Source of the DNA: Sphyrna mokarran
Lineage: Eukaryota
DNA length: 64,000 nucleotides
Direction: 5' to 3'
Assembly: GCA_024679065.1 (NCBI GenBank)
Contig: JAGIQG010000009.1
Coordinates: 107,694,001-107,758,000, forward strand
Every line of letters starts with the position of its first letter. Position 1 is the first letter of the stretch. Both the position numbers and the translations under genes were made by a program. Below are positions 23,376 through 35,300 of this stretch, piece after piece. The notes under the pieces are model-generated. The model did not search any database. It worked only from the letters and a program-made list of their open reading frames with translations, and was not told the origin of the DNA.

Positions 23376-24227
23376 TGATGTAAAGATGCCGGCGTTGGAT
23401 TGGAGTGGTAAGAACTCAGTAAGAATTTAGCAACACCAATTATTAATCCAACCGATTTATTTGATAGAAAAAAGCGAGCTTTCAACACTCGTGTCTTCTC
23501 AGGCAAGTGCAGTGTTCTGGTCTGCAATAGCACACATCAGCACAGACAGTCAGAGATTGCTGATTAGAATGCGAATCCTTACATCTAACCTGCTATTCAA
23601 GTGTTAAAGTGGCTAACAATGTGTGTGAAGGGTCCTGAGCATTGTTAGAGAATTGTGTATTTTCTCCAGACAGCACAGTAAGTGAGGTTTTTTGCTAACC
23701 CAGGCAAGTTACGGGGGTTACAGATAGTGTGTCATGAAGCCAAGATCCCTGTTAAGACCGTCCTCATGTGTGCGGAGCTTGGCTATCAGTCTCTGTCAGC
23801 GACTCTGCGCTGTCGTGTATCACGAAAGCCCCTTGAAGAACATTTACCCGCAGTCGGAGGCGAATGCCCATGACTGCTGAAGTGTTCGCCCACAGGAAGG
23901 GAACTGTTTTGCCTGGTGATTGTTGAGCGATGCTCATTCATCCGCTGTCGTAGTGTTGCATGGTCTCCCCAATTACATGCTTCGGGACATCCTTTCTTGC
24001 AACGTATTAGTAGACAACGTGCCGAGTGCAAGAGTATGTACCGTGACCTGGTGAATGGTACCTCACGTTTGATGATGTGTCCATGTCTATGTCTGGCATG
24101 TCTTGCAGAGGTTGCTTGGCAGACCAGAACACTGCACTTGCTGATGAAGACACGGGAGTGTTGAAAGCTCGCTTTTTTACTATCAAATAAATCGGTTGGA
24201 TTAATAATTGGTGTTGCTAAATTCTTA
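23376..24227 (-). mobile_element. Penelope-like element with inverted terminal repeats of about 108 bp, GIY-YIG fragment and 12-bp TSD
   Basis: Inverted repeats 23419-23525 and 24119-24228; direct repeat ccaagaaagttg at 23364-23375 and 24228-24239; minus-strand LIRCKKGCPEA..LRQRMNEHRSTITRQNSSLPVGEHFSSHGH. Confidence 0.88.
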
Positions 24228-24548
24228 CCAAGAAAGTTGAGCAGAGCTGTCTATGTTCCTGCAATATTGTTTTCCAACTCTAGGTGGTGCAGTTGCTCAC
24301 AGGGTCAGGCAGAGCTGTTACAGGAAGCTCGCAGAGTATTAATGTGCAAATTGGTCTTTGGGTTTACAACTGGTTTGTAATGGAATATTTGTTTTCGTAA
24401 ACCCAACAACTGACCTGCAATGCCGGGTTTGCGCCCAGTGACTTGGGCCACTGTGGATTGCAGCAAGGAGCAAAAGGGGAGCTTCACCACATGTTTCCGT
24501 TCTGTTAACTCTAGTTAAAAATAACTTTGGGTTCAGGGAGAGAGCACA

Positions 24549-25086
24549 GTAAGAACTCTCAGAAAACCAGGTTAAAGTCCAACAGATTTATTTGGTAGCA
24601 CAAGCCACAAGCTTTCGGAGTGCTGCTCCTCCATCAGGTGAGCAGGAGTTGTGTCCACAAACAGGGCATATGTTGATACAAACTCAATTTACAAAATAAT
24701 GGTTGGAATGCGAGTCTTTACAGGTAATCAAGGCTTAAAGGTACAGGCAATGTGAGTGAAGAGAGGATTAAGCACAGGTTACAGACATGTGTATCACCTC
24801 CAGACAGGATAGTTAACATCTCTTTAACCTGTGCATAATCCTCTCTCCACTCACATTATCTGTACCTTGAAGACTTGATTACCTGTAAAGACTCACATTC
24901 CAACCATTATTTTGTAAAGTGAGTTCGTGTCTATATGCCTTATTTGTGAACACAACTCCCACTCATTTGATGAAGGAGCGCTGCTCCAAAAGCTTGTGCT
25001 ACCAAATAGACCTGTCGAACTTTAACCTGGTGTTGAGAGACTTCTTACCATGTTTACTCCAGTTCAACACCGACATTTCCCCATCA
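24549..25086. mobile_element. Penelope-derived palindrome (two inverted terminal repeats of about 240 bp with a short spacer)
   Basis: 24549-24790 is the approximate reverse complement of 24815-25048, followed by the Penelope tail. Confidence 0.8.
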
Positions 25087-26207
25087 AGGGGAGACACAAA
25101 TGGTCACCAAGCATCCCAAGACTTCTCTTCACTTCCCAAATCTCCCCGCTTTGAGAAAATCCTCCTGGCTTCCAAATGCACCAATTGATTTAATGTGATC
25201 ACAGTCATACATTGTTCTTTTTTTAAAACCACAATAACATGAAGCAGTGAGTGATGAATATACGAGGGAGGCTGGTGGGGGGTGGAGCCCAGACATCCGT
25301 CCCATGTTCTCTGAGAAGTTTCTGAAACATTAAAAGACCGTGTTAATTGCAAAACATTCCTTGCATGGTTTCAATGCTGAATTAAGTCAGAGAAGGGTTT
25401 GACCACAGCTGGGATTGGGATGATTCCTAGATTGAAGAATTTGACATTTTTGTCTCCACCCCCACCCCCTCCGGATATTTAAGCCAGATTTTGGCCAGAC
25501 AGGAAATTCAACACAAAAAAAAAGCGAGCTGGGAAATTCCTCCCCCCAGAAGAATCCACCATATTTGAGAAAAAACTGGGATGAGATGGGGGGGAAAAAG
25601 CTAGGATGAGACTTCTTGGAAGTCTGTATAGAATTAGGAAGATCTCCCTTATGCCAAGTTTCAATAACATCCAGATCAAAAATCAAGCACGCATTCTTAG
25701 AGAGAAAAGAAAGAACAGAAAGGGGGAAATGGAAACGTGGGAGGGGACCTCGGATTTCAGGGAACGGGATGGAAGGATATGACACTCCTCGCTGGGAGCA
25801 CTGAGTGGTAAAATGGACATGTTTGCCCCAGATTAGGGGCAGTGTATTAGGTAATGCTGAGGCCTTCAACACCCCCCACACCCTCCCCATCTTGAAATGT
25901 CTCCTACAATAAAGGCTTTCCTCTATAAGTTAGGCCATGGGTTACATTGAAGGTAAATCCTCAATCTCTAGTTTGGTGCGTGGAAAGAATCCAGCTTCAT
26001 TGTTGGGATAGGGGGTGGGGAGATAGACCCTGATCCAAATATTCCAGTGTGTCCCCCTTATATCCGTGGCATCCATCAAATCAGAACCCATTTCTGCTCG
26101 ATTCCACTGTGGGATTAAGGCAGGTGCGTTGGGGGTTGGGGGGGGGGGGGGGGGGGGGTAAGAGAAGAGGGGGCACAAGAGGACCATTCCCCTTCCACTA
26201 GTTGCTT

Positions 26208-26324
26208 CTAGTATTCAAACTTCTTGTTGATTAGAATGGAGCAGGAGCTCAGGGCTGCTCCCAGTTTGGCCACTTCCGTGCAGGAGGCTGGGATCAGAGT
26301 GTAGTCTGGAAGCTTCTTGAAGGC
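26208..26324 (-). CDS. DDAH2: DDAH2 terminal coding exon 6
   Basis: [38 protein letters not shown], acceptor cttcacttccAG, TAG stop. Confidence 0.92.
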   Translation of the reverse strand, partial: AFKKLPDYTLIPASCTEVAKLGAALSSCSILINKKFEY

Positions 26325-29300
26325 CTGGAAGTGAAGATGAAAAAATAATTTAAGGAAAAAAGGACCACGATAGCAGTTTCAAACCACGTCAGAGCCCCCT
26401 GCACAGTGAGCACTTGATGGAATCCCTACAATACCCATCAAGCCTTCACCTACACCAATCCGCTCCAGTTACCTCCCACAATTTCAGATATGCAGGTTAG
26501 GTGGATTGGCCAGGCTAAATTGCCCCTTAGTGTCAGGGGAATTAGCTCAGGTAAATGCATGGGATTATAGAGATAGGGCCTGGATGGTCAGTACAGACTC
26601 AATGGGCCAAATGGCCTCCTTCTGGACAGCTATAATTCGATAAAAATCCGACCTGGCGCCTTATCTACCTAATTCCATGTATTTACTCTGCTAATCCCCT
26701 GCCCGCTGACACACAAGGGCAAATTAACACGGCCAGTCCACCTAACCTGCACATCTGTGGAGGGCGGGATGAAACTCCGGAGCACCTGGAGGAAATCCAC
26801 GCAGACATGGGGAGAATGTGCAGACTCCACACAGACAGTGACCCAAGCCAGGAATCGTCCCTGGCACTGTGAGGCAGCAGTGCTAACCACTGTGCCGCCC
26901 AAATAAACAATAAGGTCTCCTCACTTTGTTAACTGTCCCGTTAACATAATTATCTACCATAGAATGTAACTGAAGCATGATTAAATCAGACACTCAGATA
27001 CATCTTTTTCAATTCATTCTTGGGATAAGCGTATCTTGGGTAAAGCCACCACTTGTTACACTTCCCTAAAAGAGGGGTCCTGGTGAGCCTCCATTCTGAG
27101 TCTCCCCCAGTGACTCTTCCTTTTAGAACCCGGTTCTTCTAGAGACTCCCAGGAGAGCAATGGAAAAAGCTTTAGAGACATCCTTGGTACAATGGTTAGC
27201 ACTGCTGCCTCACCGCGCCCAGGACTCTGGGTTCAATTCCAGTCTGGGACGACTGTCTGTGTAGAGTCTGCACATTCTTCCTGGGTTGATGTGGGTTTCC
27301 TCCACGTACTCCACAGTCCAAAGATCTGTAGGTTGGGTAGATTGGCCACGCTAAGTTGCTCCTTAAGTGTCCAAAGATGTGCAATGCTAGGTGGATTGGC
27401 TACAAACAATGCACGTGTTTAAGGTGGTGGAGTGGGCCTAGGTAAGATGCTCTGTCAGAGAGTGGGTGCACACTCCATGGTTCGAATAATCTTCTACTGC
27501 ACTGAAGGGATTCTCTGAATTCCTCAGAAGTATTCCTGAAGACATCAAATATCTCTGATGACTTCTGACTGTTATTGGACTAAAGTGGGGGAGGCCCATT
27601 CGAGAAGACATTGAACATATCGAGTGACTTCACCAGGAATGTGCGGAGGTGAATTTGGCGTGTCGGAGAGAACACGCACAAACCCACCCAACCCTGCATT
27701 GGACCGAGGGATCATCTCAGACCCAATCGAAACAGGAATAACCCTCAATCCAGAGGGACTGCCCAGGAAGAGGAAGCCACGTTCTGAATGAAGAAATTCT
27801 TCCCAATTGTCCCTCTTCTGTGGATTATTTTAAAGCGATGACTTTGACTTAGTTGCTAGAGGAAAGGCTTACTTTCTTGCGCATTGAAAACCCCTCCATT
27901 CTAAGCAGCTCCAGTACCTCTCCCTCTAACTTAAGGAAGGATGTCCTTGCTATAGAGGGAGTATAGCGAAGGTTTAACCAGGTTGATTCCTGAGATGGCA
28001 GGTATGCCATACAAGGAGAGACTAAGTCAGTTAGAATTGTATTAATTGGAGTTTAGAGTGGGGGAGGGAAGGGGATCTTGTAGAAACTTATAAAATTCTA
28101 GCAGCGTTAGACAGGGTGGATTTAGAAAGAATGTTTCCAATTTTTGTGTGTGTGTCACAAGTAGACTTCATTGCAGTTTTATTGTAAGCTACTGTGAAAA
28201 CTTCCTAGTTGCCACATTCCAGCACCTTTCTTATACCATGGGGGAGAATTTAGCACATAACCAGCATGTTTTTGCACTGTGGAGGAAACTAGAGCACCTG
28301 GAGGAAGCCCATGCAGACATGGGAAGAATGTGCAGACACCGCATGGACAGTAACCCAAGCTGGGAATCGAACCCAGGTCCCTGGTGCCATGAGACACCAG
28401 TCTTAACGACTATTCCAATGAAGAGTCGAGAACTTGGGGTTCACAGATTGAGGATGAGGGCTAAACCTTTTAGGATTGAGATGAGGAGAAATTTCTTCAT
28501 CCAGAGAGTGGTGAATGTGTGGAATTCACTGCCGTAGAAAGTAGTTGAGGCCAAAACGTTGTGTGATTTCAAGAAGAAATTAGATGTTGCTCTTGGGGCT
28601 AAAGGGATCGAAGTGGGGGGGGGGGGAAATCAGGATATTGAATTTGATGATCTGCCATAATCAAAATCACAGGATCGAATGGCCCACTCCTGCTTCTATT
28701 TTTCAGTGCAATTTTCGCCACTTCTCTCTGCTTCAGAAAGATTAACCCACAAGCAAGTAACCCATACACAGAATCAACACTGCCAGAGACAAAAAGCAGG
28801 GACATACTCCCAGCTGTGGGACTCTCTGCTACGCACGTCCTTGCTTGCCAGACAAGATAAAAAAGTAACTAAGTTTGCCAACATCTTTTTCACACACACC
28901 CCCCCCCCCCCCCCCCCCCTTCCAATTAGTCACTGTGAGCACGACTGGCTAACTTGCCCTTTTCTTTTAAGCAGCATAGCAGATATATCCAACATTGCCA
29001 AGATCCGAGTTTAAAAACCTGCTCACGTAACCCTTAAGGATTTAAGCACAACCACGGCTGTTAATTCCTTTCCTACATCGACTAAAGACATTGTCAGATG
29101 AGGGTTAGGCTTGGCCCTGTCTCTTTAGCAATAGGACAGAGCAGGGGCAATGATCCCCAGCAGTGTAGGGACAAGCTCCTCATATTTCAAGACATTTTTC
29201 AGATCCACCAGTTCTCACAATTGCCTGTCAACAATGAAAAGCGTCCCGTGGGACTTCTTTCTTATAAAAAAAACTGCTGTTTGGTCTGTTATTAAACAAG

Positions 29301-32300
29301 CATTCAGACTAATACAAAACTGGCTCCCGATACTTTCACTATCACTGCAGCTGGGACCAGCAGAGCAGACTCAATAACCCCGCGATATTGTAATGCGTTT
29401 GGAAAAATAGGGGGAAGGAATAAAAGCACTCAGGATAACATGGGGGTGGTCCAGAGAGTCAGATTCTTTCACGCTTGAGATTGGGTGGTCCCTGAGAAGG
29501 TTTCAAGGGAGAGACAGCATTGGGGCTCTTGAGAGAGCATTGAGAGAGAGGGAAAGAGAAGGGAGAGAACTGGGGAGGGATTCAGAGTGTGTGTGTGTGA
29601 GAGAGAGAGAGACGGCAAAAGGTGGTGGGTGGGGGGAACCAGAGGGTCGGGGGGTGGGGGTGGTGATGAGACTGTGTGTTTGTATTTGGAAGGGTGCTGG
29701 GGTAAACAGGGAGAGAGACCCAGAACATGAGAGGAGGTACAGAGAATCAGATACTCACAAATGTACAGAGACACACACACACACACACACATACACACAA
29801 ATACTGAGATACACAGGGACACAGAGGCAGACACATGTAGGAACAGTGACAGACAGATTCACACAGACGGGGGCACAGAGACAGTTAGATTCACACACAT
29901 AGAAACACACGGGCTCCTAATGTACCACATTTCTGCATAACTTTCAAACATCTGTGAAGTATTAAGCAAAGTACAGACACGTTGCAGCTGTGGTGCTAAT
30001 TGAACACTGCCTGGGTTACAGATTGCAGTTAATTTATGCTGAAAAATAACTTAACACCTTCTCAGAACATGCACAGCATGTCCCTCACATAAACCAAATC
30101 CAGGAGAACAGAACGATTCTGCTCCACAGGGTTAACTCGAAGACGGGAAGGTGGGGCCGTGGGGAGGATTTAAAACTGGTCAGTTTGGCTCCTCCGATCC
30201 TGTTCTTACAGCAGAGCCCGTTCTCCCTCCTCTGCTAACTCTGCAGTGCTGATCTCCAACCAGCAGGTGCCAATGTTGGACTCAGAACTTGAGCAGTCTT
30301 GAGTAATATTAAATTCCTTAAACAAGAATACACAAAGCTCACCTACCCTGCCCTTAAAGGGGAATGCACACCAATGTCACCACTCACCTACGCTGCCTTA
30401 AAGGGGAGTGCACTCCAATGTCACCACTCCCAACCCTTGCTTAAAGGGGAATGCACACCAATGCAACTGCTCATCTACCCTGCCTCAAAGGGGAATGCAC
30501 ACCAACTTCACCACTCACGAATCTTTGCTTATAGGGAATGCACATCAATGTCACTGGTCCCAAACCCTTGTTTAAAGAGGAATGCCACCAATCAGCCTCA
30601 CTCTAAAACATCCCAGAGGCTTCCCATGACTAGGATAGAATCTAATTCGCCTCATTTTGAACCATTTGAACATTTTTTTGTTAAATCCTGAAGCAGTGGT
30701 TCTGCGTGCCATTGCCCCCACACCTTCCACTCCCATCTGGAGACAGGCCACCAGTGAGAAGATCCTAGGCAGACATTATTGTAATCCACAGCTTTGCTCA
30801 AACACCCAAGGAAACCAATCCAAAAATAAAACACTTCTGACCTGGGAACTTTCTGGAAACTCATCCGCTGTCCGATGGACCAGGGTGTTGCTCTTATTGC
30901 CAACTCGTGCGTAGATGCAGTTGGCTGCGGCGTCATCCGGCACACTCAGTTTGTCGTACTGATAGTCTGTTAGCTGCTCCATCGCCTGGTGACAGAGAGG
31001 AAAGCGGTCAGACGCCTGAAAAACACAGGCCTGGTTCTGTCATCGCTCCCCAACAGCAACTCAATCCTATCAACTACCATCCAAAAATGGAGTGAATCCC
31101 CTCTACGCTGTGTCTAACCCTGTGCTGTACCTGTCCTGGGAGTGTTTGATGGGGACAGTGTAGATGGAGCTTTACTTTGTATCTAACCCCGTGCTGTACC
31201 TGTCCTGGGACTGTTTGATGGGACAATATAAAGAAAGCTTTATTTTGTAGCTAATCCTGTGCTGTACCTGTTCTGAGAGTGTTTGATTGGGGGGGGGGGG
31301 GGGAGGGGGGAGCAGTGTAGAGGGAGCTTTACTGTGTATCTAACCCCGTGCTATACCTGTCCTGGTATTGGTTGATGGGGGACAATGTAGAGGGAGTTTT
31401 ACCTTGTGTCTAACCCCGTGCTGTACACATCCTGGGAGTGTTTGACGGGGACAGTGTACAGGGATAAATATCTGATGAGAAAAAACTGGAAGAAGGCAGG
31501 GGAGTGGGACCAGGTTATTATTACAAAAGAACCAGCACCAATAACAAATTGAATGGTCTGTTTCTGGGCTGTAACCATTTTGTGAATGGAGGCGGCATGA
31601 GGGAGTGTGAGGCAGCACAGAGAGTAAGCACGAGAGAGATCGAGTGAGAACAAGGTATTGACATTGAGATTGAGCGACAGAGACAGCGAGACAGAGAGCA
31701 AGAACGGGAGAGTGAGAGCGAGACAGCGAGAATGTGAAATGGGTAATATTGTGGGTATCACAGTGGTTAGCACTGCTGCCTCACAGCACCAGAGACACAG
31801 GTTTGATTCTGGCCTCAGGCCACTGTTTGTGTAAAGACTGCACATTCTCCCCGTCTCTGCATGGGAGGTTTCCTCTGGGTGCTCCACTTTCCATCCACAG
31901 TCCGAAAAACGTACTGGAGAGTACGTGTGGCGTGGGGGGAACAGGGGGAGAGCAGCAAATAAGCAGCAGCTGAAGCATAGGGAGGGGGAAGGGTGTGGAT
32001 ATTGGGGGAGAGCAGAGGGGCATAAGAATGGAGAAGGATTCCTGATTGAGGGGCTAGAGGGCTGGGGGTTATAAATGGGTAATTCTGGAGGCTGCTGTGT
32101 GTGAGGTTTTGCATTCAGAGGGGAGAGTGCTGGGGATGGGTAAAGTGGAGTAACCTCACCTTGATGGCCTTTCGAGCAGCTTCACTGTTCCCGATGATGA
32201 TGGTGCTGGGACCTCCCATGCTGCAAAAACTCTTCAGATGATGGGGTTCGGGAATATGCAGGATGGAGACAGTAAAATCCTGGATAGCGAAACAAAACAG

Positions 32301-35300
32301 CAATCCATTAGCATCAAACCCACCTTTACTGTAGGAGAAACTTCACCCACCAGCTCACTGGCTCCACCAGATCTTGTCTGGATTGTCAGTGAACAGAGAT
32401 TCCTAGGTCCTGTCTCTACCCCCAAAATACTCCCCCTCCCTCCAGATGGGAGAGGGATGGGGACAGAGTAAGATCGTTAACAAATCATCCATGTACAAAA
32501 TCAGCCTAAAATTGAATTTTTTTTTAAACACGGTTTTTAATAATCTTTATTTTGGGGATGGAAATCTAATCCTTTACATCAACTTGACACTACAAAGCCA
32601 GTTGAAAAATCACAACCTTTCCACTAAACCGGGCAAACCGCGCCCTCCCCCGCCCCACCAAAATACCTGGTCAGCTCACCATTTTACAGCATAGAACGGT
32701 ACCGCACAGGAATAGGCCCTTTGGCCCACAATGTGCTGAAATAAACTAACCCCTTCTGCCTCCACTTGGTCCACATTCCTTTATCCCTTGCATATTCACA
32801 TAAAAAGATAGAAACTACAAGGAGTAGGCCATTCGGCCCTTCGAGCCTGCTCCACCATCCATTATGATCGTGGCTGATCATCGAATTCAATATCCTGATC
32901 CCCCCCCCCATATTTCTTAATCCCTTTAGCCCCAAGAGTTATATCTAATTTCTTCTCAAAATTTCACAATGTTTTCATAGAGCATAGAATCTTACAGTGC
33001 AAAAAGAGGCCCTTTATCCTATCGAGTATGCACAGACCACAATCCCACTCAGGCCCCACCCTCATATCTCTACATATTTTACCCATTAATCCTCCTAATC
33101 CATCTCAAGACACTAAGGGGCAAATTTTAGCATGGCCAATCAACCTAACCCACACATCTTTGGACTGTGGGAGGAAACCAGAGTACCCAGAGGAAACCCA
33201 TGGAGACATGAGGAGAACGTGCAAAGTCCACATAGACAGCAACCCAAGCCAGGAATCAAACCCAGGACCCTGAAGCTGTGAAGCAACAGTGCTAACCACT
33301 GTGCTACCTTGCTGCCTAGTTTTAACCTCAACTACTTTCTGTGGTAGTGAATTCCATGCATTCACCACCCTCTGGGTGAAAAAATTTCTCCTCACCTCAG
33401 TCCTAAAAGGTTTACCCCTTACCCTCAACTATGACCCCCTAATTCTGTACTCCCCCCCCCCACCATTGGGAACATTCTTTCTGAATCTACCCTGTCTAAC
33501 CCTGTTAGAATTTTATAAGTTTCTATGAGATCCCCTCTCATTCTTCTAAACTCCAGTGAATATAATCACGGTGAATACATGTCTTTCCTCATATGACAGA
33601 CCTACCGCCCCAAGAATCAGTCTGGTAAACCTTTGCTGTACTCGCTCTATAACAAGGACATCGTTCCTCAGATAAGGACACTAAAACTGTATACAATACT
33701 CTGGCCTCACCAATCATGTACTTATCTAAAAGCCTCTTAAGGGCCCCTGTCATATCCAACTCCACCACACCCCTGACACTACATTCCAGACGCACATCCA
33801 CACACACTGTGTAAAATAATTTGTCCCTCACGTCTCCTTTGAACTTTTCCCTTCTCACCTTAGGTGCCTGCCCCCTAGTTTCAACTCTGCTTCTCAACTC
33901 TACTGATGCTTCTCGTCATTTTATAGACTTCAATCATGTCTCCTCTCAGCGTCCACCATGCCAGAGAAAACAACCCTAGTTTGTCCAGCCTCTCTTTATA
34001 ACTTATACCCTCTAATCCAGGCAGCATCCTGGCAAACCTCTCCTGCAGCCTCCTTTCCCCAGTCTCAGTACTGAATCCCACATTCATAGAATCCCTACAG
34101 TGCAGAAGGAGGCCATTCAGCCCATCGAGCCTGCACCAACAACAATTCCATCCAGGCCCTATCTCCACAACCCCATGTATTTACCCTAGCTAATCCCCCT
34201 GACACTAAGGGGCAGTTCAGCATGGCCAATCCATCTAACCGGCACATCTTTAGAGTGTGGGAAGAAACTGGAGCACCACCTACACAGACACTCGCAGAAG
34301 TTGCAAACTCCACAGAGGCAGAGACCCGAGGCTGGAATCGAACCCGGGTCCCTGGTGCTGTGAGGCAGTTGTGCTAACCTCTGCGCTGCCTCCACCTGTG
34401 AGGAATGTGGCTGGGTTGTGTGGGGTCAAGGGTTAATGTGAAATATGTCAACAGGTAGTCCACATCATTGGTGATGTAAGATCACATGATAGCAGAGTAC
34501 GCCAAGGAAAAGTTCTTGGTGCACCACTGTGGTAATAAAAAACTGCCCGCTGCCAACTACCCATCATACCCCCCTCTCTGAATACACACCCACCCGCTTG
34601 CTTTGCCCCTTGACCATCTCCCAACTCTCCCAGAACCAATGGACTCCAGGAGGTTGTTCAGGGGAGGTGGACTGGGGGGGGGGGGGGGGGGTGGTGTGCA
34701 GTGCGGTGGGAGGTGGGGTCTCACCTTGAATGCATCCGCCACATACTCCGCTCCTTTGTGATTGGTCCATTTTGAGATCCCGACAAAGAATTCACGCCCT
34801 GGAACCGAATAAAAGGAGAGAAGGGAGAGGTCAGATCAGAGAGAAAAAAAACACCAAGGAAAACTGGAAAAAATGTCACAGGGTTAGGAGAACGTGCATG
34901 AACTGGCGACAGAGGGGATAGTGATACGACACGCAAAACACAGCCTGAGGAAAAGGGTGGAGGCAGATTCAAGCTCAAATTTGGGAGAGAGCTGTGGTGT
35001 GTGTGGAGCTAGCTCTGTCAAAGGGCTAGCAGAGGCCTGATGGGCTGAATGGCTTAATCATTCACTGGTTTTGACCCTTGCAGGAGAGAGCCCTCTGCGT
35101 AGGGATGAAATGGGTGCCACCTCCTCACTTCAATCTACTCTGACCTAGGAAGGCCTAGTCAGACAAGAAGGATAGTCACAGGAGGCTAAGGAAATTTGGC
35201 TCATCCGCTACAACTCTCACCAAACTCTTACAGATACAACCGAAAAAAGTGTTTTCTATGATGTATCACAGCTTGGTATGGCTCCTGATCTCACTAAGAC

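Noticed and set aside
23376-24227. DNA transposon or MITE
   Set aside because: The inverted repeats are Penelope 3' terminal sequence and enclose a GIY-YIG fragment; one end carries the extra Penelope tail
29104-29213. DDAH2 last exon, suggested by a CSVLL-like peptide on the minus strand
   Set aside because: The frame is closed upstream and lacks homology; the true terminal exon is 26324-26208
30338-31462. CRISPR-like arrays
   Set aside because: Head-to-tail tandem units without unique spacers, eukaryotic intron context, no cas genes
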